Source of the DNA: Octopus vulgaris
Lineage: Eukaryota
Assembly (NCBI GenBank): GCA_951406725.2
Contig: OX597826.1
Coordinates: forward strand, 620,001-684,000
Reading direction: 5' to 3'
DNA length: 64,000 bases
This document shows, piece by piece, positions 55,299 to 64,000 of the stretch. The notes under the pieces are model-generated. The model ran no database searches. It saw only the letters and a list, made by a program, of their open reading frames with translations, and was not told the origin of the DNA. Positions within the stretch are counted from its first letter, which is position 1, and each line of letters begins with the position of its first letter. The translations under genes were made by a program, and so were the position numbers.

Positions 55299-56579
55299 CG
55301 AGGGTAGATAAAAAATGATAAGCACTCTTGTTCCTATAATTTATTAAAGCAAATACAGGGATTGAACAATTCCATCATTTTTCGACATAATCTCATTGCT
55401 TTTTGATGCACTTCTTCCAGCGTCCCACAAACTTGCTTATTCCATCAAAGAAGTTTTTCGGATGGTTGTGCAGCCATTTATATACCGCTTCCGGTGCTTC
55501 TTCGTCCATAGCAAATGGTCAACCACATGAAGGATGTTTGAGTGGTCCTAAGAGGCGATAAGTCGGAAGAGGCAAGATCAAGACTGTATGCATGGTGTTC
55601 CCAGCAGCTCGAAACCCAGTTTTTAATGGTTTCAACGGTGTAGGTGACAGTGTGTGAATGTGTATAGTCGTGCAATAATAACACTTGCTTTAACAATAGA
55701 ACTTGGCGTTTGGTGGAATTACTAGTTTCAGTTTGTTGCCCAGCCTTTCACTGTAGCCTACACTGGTGACCGTAGATCACTTGTCCAGGTAAAGTTCCAA
55801 TGTAAGCTTTTTTGCGCCCCCAAAACGATTAGCATAATTTTTTTCGGCGGAAGATTGAGGTTTAAATTCCTCTTTCGCTAACTATTCCAAGGTGTTTCTA
55901 ATCCATGCTCTGCTTATTTGGATTCTGATCGCATCTCCTGCGACTATTCTCTCTGAAAAGCTTTGTCTTCATTGTAGAAGCAGTCGAGTAAAAGTTGACA
56001 GATCTCCACATGATTGTGCTTATGTGTTTCGGTAAGTTCTTTTGCCACCCACCTCTCACAGATTTTACCGAAGCGAAGTTTATTGTGGATGATTTCGTAT
56101 ACAAAACCGTGACTAATTTATAGAGAACATACCACCTCATCGACGGTCACTCTTCGATTCGCCAGAACCATCGAGTTTCTTAGATCTTCAAGTCAGTGGT
56201 GGAGGTTGATGGGCGTCCTGCTCCCTCTTCGTGCCTCACGATTGTCCGGCCATTTTTAAACTTCTCGATCCTCTCATAAACACTTCTACGCGTTAGAGCG
56301 TTGTGCACGCATTCTGCTGAGAGCCTGCGATGATTTTCAGTCCCTGACACAACTTCAAATCAGAGAAATCGGATCATTGATCTCTCTTGTTCCTTGGTGT
56401 ACACTGCCAGCGGAGCGGCCACTTTCACTCGGTAGCACAGGAAAGAAAACTGGAGCGATCAAAGTCAAACCTAGCTTACGTAACATCGAGAATAATTTTA
56501 GCACTCGAGTGCTGTAGGCAGTGCAGCCGACCTAAAGGGAATTTTGACGAAAGTGCTGATAAATTTTGACTTACCCCCC
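55299..56579 (-). mobile_element. Full-length (~1.28 kb) decayed mariner transposon
   Basis: Imperfect TIRs cgagggtagataaaaaatgataagcact / agtgctgataaattttgacttaccccc with TA flanks; LLHD and HHAYSLDLASSD (HPPYSPDLAPSD-like). Confidence 0.85.
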
Positions 56580-56834
56580 TATGTGTAAATGAAATATATA
56601 TTTTCATTCGTATTATTCAATTACTGATAAGCCTATACCAGCTCAGCCATGAAGATATGAAGTTGAAAATGTAAGATAAAAGGACAAAGAGAGAGGAGAG
56701 AGAGGAATTGTTCGTAGGTAATTTTTTTAATTGGAACATGACACGTGGCTAAAAGTCTCACAATTTACCGTTACATTACATCCAACCTTTTTAAAATATA
56801 TAAGGAAAAAGTACATGTGGGGAAGAGATTTGAA

Positions 56835-56895
<61 letters not shown>

Positions 56896-57159
56896 TGTGT
56901 GTTGCGTGAGATATTCAGAACTTTTGCATGCTTCTCTGTAACAGAAGCTTTCACAAATAATGAGTAAAATGGAATAGTTTAGATGACATGTTGACATTAT
57001 CAATAGAACATAAAGGTTACAAAAGTGCAAAAGAAAAAGAACAGCTGAGAGATAAAACTGACGAGGAACACTTGCCAAGAGAACAAAACAATTCTAAACG
57101 CAGCATAAATAATACGACAGATTGTTAAAAAGACGTCGTGAACATTTATAACATCGTTT

Positions 57160-57562
57160 GTTCTTTACTATTCTAGGCACAAGGCCCGAAATTTGGTGGG
57201 GGAGGGAGCCAGTCGATTAGATAGACCCCAATACGCAGCTGGTACTTAATTTATCGACCCCGAAAGGATGAAAGGTAAATTCGACCTCGGCGGAATTTGA
57301 ACTCAGAACGTAACGGCAGAGGAAATATCTATTTCTTTACTACCCACAAGGGGCTAAACATATAGGGGAGAAACAAGGACAGACAAAGGGATAGAGTCGA
57401 TTACATCGACCCCAGTGAGTAACTGGTACTTAATTTATCGACCCCGAAAGTATGAAAGGCAAAGTCGACCTCGGTGGAATTTGAGCTCATAACGTAGCGG
57501 CAGACGAAATACCACTAAGAATTTCAACCGGCGTGCTAACGTTTCTGCCAGCTCGCCGCCTT
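57160..57562 (-). mobile_element. SINE family B, full-length with duplicated core
   Basis: Head aaggcggcgagctggcagaaacgttagcacgccgg; two copies of the Meta/MESC-like core. Confidence 0.88.
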
Positions 57563-58314
57563 ATAATGTAACATATTAGATGTAAAATGTGTGAAAAGGA
57601 GTAGTTTTTATGTGAATAAAAGAACAAAATCATCGAAAGTACAAGATGGAAGTGAACAATAATGTGTTTTCAAGTTGGCCGTGAGCTCAAAAGGGGATGA
57701 TAAATATCAAGGTGGCTCTGTAAGCGGATCATTGGGTCCTTAAATCTTAAAGACGTCATGATTGTTTTGTTTTTGTTTTTCACAAATGAAATAATTAAAC
57801 AATTATATTCATTATATGGTATATTTTTCTATACGTACATGTGGAGTGGGTGTTTGTAAATTGCCTTTCGGTGGGAAAGGAAAGACGGATTCTGAGCTAC
57901 AAAATGTTGGAATCCACTGATCTAGGGTAAATTACTCTTTTATGTATTAATCCCTAGAGTAAAGGAAGAAAAGGAAACAAAATAAATACAAAATCACATA
58001 TTCCCTATGAAACATCTTGGAGTTGTTTGTGAAATCAAACAGCCTTATGGAATTCTTATTTCAAAGAGTCGGCACATTCAGCAAACACATAAGGATGGAA
58101 TTGGAGATAGGAAAATGAGCCAAAGCATGCAACAGAAATGAAAAGTAGATCAAACAAAACATTTGAACTGCAAACAAATGGATAAAGCATTATGGGAAAT
58201 TTGAAACCCCAAGAATATACATAGTCCTGAGAATGTTAGAGCAGATTAAATTTAATACACAATAATGTAACACTGAACTGAGATAGGGGTGGGTTGTTGC
58301 CTGGATTCGAACCA

Positions 58315-58520
58315 TTGTATTTTCCGGCATATAAGACGACGTATTATATGATGAAAACATAATAGTGTAAACATTCAAATATCGTCACTATCTTTCCGAA
58401 TCCTGATGTTTTTCACATGGAATTTTTGGTCCCTCGAAGTTGTCTTGGTGTATAAGTCGACCTACCTTTTTTGACTGAAATTATGGTCTGAAAATTTTAA
58501 CTTAATATGCCGTAAAATAA
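58315..58520. mobile_element. Probable Tc1/pogo-like MITE remnant
   Basis: tattttccggcatataag / cttaatatgccgtaaaata imperfect TIRs. Confidence 0.5.
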
Positions 58521-59841
58521 GCTAAGCGGAATAAAGGAGAAAAAATCTCGTCTCTAAGAGAGACATTTAATGCCTTATAGCTTTAATATTGTAAACTAAA
58601 CGATGAATTCGATCCATAGGCTGGAGACCAATACTATAAGGTTGAGATTTTTTTCTGCTTGGCTTCACTTCTTGAAATTTTAAAACTGAGTGAAAATGTT
58701 CAAATTTGATATATTGAAGTAATTTTTTACACTGAATCTGACGTTGTTATTCACTTGTTCCAGAAACAGTTTTAGAAAAATGTTACAGAAAGCTGGCATT
58801 TTGTGCGTGATGACAACATTACGATGACAAAATATTCAACGATAGAAATAAAGTCGTGTGAAATGTTGGAACAGACATGTAATGCGAAAAATTACCAAAA
58901 AAGAAAAGAAACTAGAACTGAACACTAAATTAGGAAAAAACAAACTGAACGTTAAGCAGCAACAGAGAACTGTAGTTCAGTTCATGTAAGGATCGAACTG
59001 CTGAAGAAGGCAACCAAATCCCCCCCCAACGAATACCCAAACGTCAACGAATGACGAAGGACACATTAGATTCTAGTAGTACGAGATAACTCTAAGACTC
59101 TGGGACTTTCAGCATTAGAATACTCCTTTTAATTATAGGTCTGCCTGATCAGCCGCATCCCCTGCAGTTTTCTATTTCTTAATGATATACGAAAGGTTAC
59201 ACGAGTTGGCAACAGACGGATAAATAGGCTACATAAACAACAGGCTGGTTTGTTACTATGGAAACAGGCACCAATATGTCTGTGGTTTTCGATTGGCTAC
59301 AATTAACCCAAAATTTGCAACTTTTAAAAGCTATTAACTTTTTATTTATTAATCTAAGGCAAACAGAAACTTAATTTCCATAATTAGCAGACAATACTAC
59401 ATTAATACGCCAAAGTTGAAATCAATTGGAGCAAAACCGAAGGAATTGAAAAGTGAAATCCAGACAGAAAAAATCGTGAAATTCTTACATTTATACAGAA
59501 AGCAGCATTCAATGTCAAATGCCCAGTGACTTTATATGAAATGTTAATTAGTAGATTAATATACTTAACAACATATATAATCTAATTACAAAATAGTATT
59601 ATCTAATTACAAAGGACTGGAAATATGTCTCAAAGGAGCAAGAAGAAACACTGCTGTATGTAGAACATAACCATGAAACGAGAGTGAAATTCTACTCCGT
59701 TTTCTAGGCGACAAAAGGTTTCAAAGGTTAAGAAGTACCATAGGAATAAATTAAATAGCAATGTAATATATTCATAGAATTGGGATCCAGCATATGGAGC
59801 TAACTTATATTTTATAATGTTAAAACTATAAAGCATTAAAG

Positions 59842-60196
59842 CAGTGGTTTTCAACCGGAGCCCACATAGTCCCTGAGGATCCATGTAATATTTTGAGGGA
59901 TCCACGCAACAAAATAATAAGTTGGGGATCCACAACAGTATTTTAAGGGACCCTGAAAATTTTTTACTTCAGATGTATCTGTTGGTATGTATTGCAAGAA
60001 ACAGCTAGGTTTTTTTTTTCTGTAACATATTACAGAGTTCAACGTTGGCGAGTTAATGGGTGAAAAACAAAATAGGAATTTTGAAAGAAGTTTCTATAAA
60101 ACTAGTTTTTAAACATCGAATGGACATGCGGAAGGTCCACTGGAGTAAAATAGTAATCAAAGGGGTCCAGCAGCAAAAGCTGGTTGAGAACCTTTG
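59842..60196 (+). mobile_element. hAT-type MITE
   Basis: cagtggttttcaacc / ggttgagaacctttg; perfect 8-bp TSD cattaaag. Confidence 0.9.
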
Positions 60197-60450
60197 CATT
60201 AAAGCCTTTCCTATTGACGGAATTTATTGCCTCTTCCTTTTACATGTAGTTCACATCTTAGCAATAATTCCCTTCTTTCTAAATTCAGCTTTTTTCTCTT
60301 TCTTTTTCACTACTTTTCTCCCCATTCTTGTCACCACTCTTTCTATTCTTTCCTTTTTATGTTAAAAGACAAGCATCCCAAACCTCAAGATGTCTTTCCT
60401 TTGTTAGTAGGCGTTATATTAATAGAACCTTCATTAAAATTGGATGGATG

Positions 60451-60520
<70 letters not shown>

Positions 60521-60888
60521 CGGACGGACGGACGGACGGACGGACGGGCACACCTAAACATATTTAATATTTTTAATTGAATTTAATTCACTTTATTTCA
60601 TCAATGTTACATAAACCGAGATGACGTGGTTTCACACAATTAGACGGCAAATTGATGGGGGTTTTTTTATATTATCATTGGCAGATCTATCTAATTCTCA
60701 TATTCATTGCAAATAGGAACCTTGAGTAAGTAAAGCTTACATCATCACCAACGGAAGCACTGCGTCATTAACGAGAATTTCATTAGATTACAGAAGTGAG
60801 TTCAAAAAGTAATCTATGGTTGAATCTTGGTGAAGTATAAATTCTACCTGCCTAACGTCTGGTTCAGAGTATATGAGGACAATATTAA

Positions 60889-61019
60889 CCTTTAGCACGC
60901 TTAGGCGCATCATGGCGCCGTACGATTTTTCTCTCCTGTTGCTGTAGGCCATTGTGTTGTATTTTGCTAGGGGAAGAAAATTCATACGGTGACAAGATGC
61001 GTCTACAGTGTGCTAAAGG
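60889..61019. mobile_element. Small piggyBac-like MITE
   Basis: TTAA TSDs; cctttagcac / gtgctaaagg with extended imperfect IR. Confidence 0.85.
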
Positions 61020-61131
61020 TTAATGATGGTAATGATCTAGTGACTTCAGTGGGTTAATGCGACAAATATGTTTGCATCACATATAAAAGTGATAATAAAT
61101 GAGACAGGTAGCTTACGAAAAATACGAAACA

Positions 61132-61346
61132 TAGGTGCAGTTATGGCAGTGTAGTTAAAAAGTTTCCTTAGCAACCAAGTGGTTTCGGTTTCGGTCCCAC
61201 TTCAGGGCTTACCAAAAGCCTTCTGGGCTTATCAAAAGCCTTCTGAGTAAATTTAGTACACGGAAACGATGTTGAAGCCCGGAATATAAATGTGTGTGCA
61301 TGTGTGTGTTTGTGTGCATGTGTGTGTTTGTGTGCATGTGGGTGTT

Positions 61347-61401
<55 letters not shown>

Positions 61402-61605
61402 ACGCGTACGTCTTTATACCCGTGTTTGTCCTCCGCTACTGCTTCACAACCAGTTTTGGTTTGTTCACGTTTCCGTAACATAGCGGTCGGTCTATCAAAG
61501 AAAACCGATAGAATAAGTACTGGAAGCCGATTTGTTCTACTAGGCCCATCAAGGAGGTGCCCAATCATAGCCATAGACCAATGACTGAAAGAAGTAAAAG
61601 ATCAA
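61132..61605 (+). mobile_element. SINE family A, diverged
   Basis: Head, central (TG)n, accgatagaataagtact and atgactgaa..gtaaaaga tail. Confidence 0.75.
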
Positions 61606-61894
61606 AAATGAAATATTATTTCCAAATATATTTCATGCTTTTTATAGAATTCTTAAAAATCTAGTTTCCGACAGTTTTCCTTACAATCTACCAACAATCT
61701 TAATAAAATATGGATTCCATTGATGTGACCTCTAGTTTAGAATGCATAAGAACGCTATTATTGACGGTAACGGTCTAATACCCTGTGGATTAATGAGACG
61801 ATTTTACCATAAAATATAGAAAGAATAATAAATGACAGGCATGTCTCATAAAAAAAAAAACCTATTAAATCATTTTTCCGAGTATATTTTATGT

Positions 61895-62492
61895 TCTTGG
61901 GCGGACAAAATTCCTAGCATCTCTTTACGTTCTGATTTCAAAATCCGCCGACGTCTACTTTGCCTTTCAAGCTTGGTAAAGTATAAATCCCGCCTGCTTA
62001 ACTTCTGGTTCAGAGGTTGATAAAATAAGTAGCAGTTGAATACTGGGGCCAATGTAATCGACTTAACCCCCTCTCCCAAAATTTATGGCCTTGTACCAAA
62101 ATTTGAAACCAATATTAATAAAAGGCGGTTACCTGACAGAATCGTTAGCGGTATTTCGCCCGTCTTAACGTTCTGGGTTTAAATATCGACGTATTCGACT
62201 TTGCCTTTTATTCTTACGGGGTCGATAATATAAGTACCAGCTGAGTGCTGGGTACGATGTAATCGACTAGTCCTTCCCCAAAAAATTTCAAGCTTTGTGC
62301 TTGGATATTTTATACTCTTGGTGGACAGAATGCTTAGCAACTTTTTACGTTCTGATTTCAAATTCCGCCGACGTCTACTTTGACTTTTATCCTGTCAGGG
62401 TCAATAAGATAGTACCAGTTGAGTACTGAGATCGATATAATCGATTGTCACCCTCCTCTAAAATTTCAGGCCAACATACCTGTTGTAGAAAC
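61895..62492. mobile_element. Cluster of SINE family B fragments
   Basis: Repeated acgttctgatttcaaa..ccgccgacgtctactttg and gtcgataa..agtaccag cores. Confidence 0.75.
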
Positions 62493-62737
62493 GTTTGTTT
62501 TTGTTTTTTGTTTTTTGTCGCTTCTCTTAATTTTACCAAATATCTTGGCAAATTATGGACTCCACCAATCTAACTTCTACCGGGAGAGTATACATGAAGA
62601 TGGTATGATTGATGACGATGATCTTATGATCCTATGGGTTAATGAGATTTATATGCTCACCATAAAACAGAAAGAATAATAGATGGGAGAGACATCTCAT
62701 TAAAAAGATCCTAAATAATTTTTCCTCGTGTAGGAAA

Positions 62738-62900
62738 AAGGCGAAGGCGTCGCTGTGTGGCAAGATGTTTGCTTCCCAAACACATGGTTCCGGGTTCAGC
62801 CCCACTGCGTGACGCCTTGGGCAAGCGTCTCCTACTATAGCCTAAGGCTGACCAAATCCTGTGTGTGGATTTGGAAGACGTAAACCGAAAAAAGCCTGTC
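62738..62900 (+). mobile_element. SINE family A head, followed by mariner in its (TA)n
   Basis: aggcg..gctgtgtgg..catggttccgggttcagcccc..gtggatttggaagacg. Confidence 0.8.
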
Positions 62901-62915
62901 ATATATATATATATA

Positions 62916-64000
62916 TTTGGTCGTCAAGTATGAAATTTGTAGAAAAGAAAAAAAGTTGGCTAATATTTTATAAATACAAAGAATAGTTTGATTCATCAAA
63001 ATATGCACCCATGTTGTCAATACACTTTTGCCATTTCAGTGGTAGCTTGTCCAACCCGGAGCTGTAAAAGCCTGGCAATCTAGAGTCAATAAAATCTTGG
63101 AAGGCCTGTTTTACAGCATCGTCAGAGTTAAATTTTTTTGCTATCAAAAAGTTATCCAAATTCTGGAAGAAGTGGTAATCAGTGGGGGTAAGATCAGGTG
63201 AGTATGGTGGATGATGGAGAACTTCCAACTCCATCTATAGTTTCGGCAATGTCATTTTTGCGAGGTGTGGTATGGCGTTATCTTGCAATAAAATAGGAGT
63301 GGATCTGTTGACTAGTCCAGGCTGTTCTTTTTTTTTTTGTAAGTTTCTGCATCATTTGGACCAGCTAACTGCAGTATACTTCGGCTGTGATTGATGAACC
63401 AGGTTTAATGAAATCATAATGGTTCACACCTGCGCCAAACCACCAAACACACGCCATCAGCTTCTTTTGCTGAATTTAGCTTTTTGGACTGTGTTTTGGT
63501 GGCTCGTCTTTGTCCAACCATTGTGCTGAACGTTTACAGTTGTTGTATTGGATCCATTTCTCATCACATGTTACAATTCGATTCAAAGATGATTAATTTT
63601 TGGGACGAGAAAGTAGCATAATGCAGGCTTCCAAACGTTGTTGTTTCTGATTTTCATTGAGTTCATGTGGAACCCACTTATCCAACTTTTTCATTTTGCC
63701 GATTTGAGCTAGATGTTTGCTAGCACCAAACAACAACGATAATTCATTGGCACTTTGAAATGGATCTGACTCGACGGTGGCTTTCAGTTCGTCATTATCC
63801 ACCATTGTTTCTGGTCGACCGCGTTGCTCAGTTGTGAGGTCAAAGTTACCAGAACGAAATTTTGCAAACTAATTTGATACTGTCTGCTGCGTAATAACAT
63901 TAAAATGAAATACTCCATTAATATTCCGAGCTGTCTGTGATGTTGTATTTCCAAGAAAAAACTCATATTTCAAAAATGTACGAATTTCCGACTTATCCAT
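62916..64000 (-). mobile_element. mariner transposon with frameshifted D,D34D transposase (starts MDKSEIR at 64000)
   Basis: KWVPHEL, TCDEKW, QDNA, HPPYSPDLTPTDYHFF, WQKCID..GAYF. Confidence 0.92.

Noticed and set aside
62530-62640. Candidate small host exon
   Set aside because: Splice-like signals on both strands but no recognisable peptide; cannot be distinguished from chance

Overview
Eukaryotic, repeat-dominated DNA with no recognisable host protein-coding gene. It is most likely intronic or intergenic sequence from an octopus-like cephalopod, inferred from the SINE, MITE and microsatellite make-up and not proven. Contents: (i) four Penelope-like retroelement (PLE) bodies, including a C-rich Neptune-type copy (~13784-18025, +) and an almost full-length, very AT-rich copy with inverted pseudo-LTRs (47748-52964, -); (ii) about ten minimal hammerhead-ribozyme (HHR) motifs in PLE pseudo-LTRs and in ORF-less pLTR-only insertions, one with a 12-bp TSD and one forming a 234-bp inverted pair; (iii) three head-to-tail R4/Dong-like RLE LINE fragments embedded in (TAA)n; (iv) two divergent Helitrons; (v) a Gypsy LTR/PBS/gag-protease remnant; (vi) two decayed mariner transposons plus hAT, piggyBac, Tc1/mariner and Merlin/MULE-like MITEs; (vii) many tRNA-derived SINEs and long microsatellites. 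Most ORFs in the supplied track are microsatellite artefacts. The most notable signals are the density and diversity of dimer-type hammerheads and the repeated use of one SINE family's internal (TA)n tract as an insertion site.
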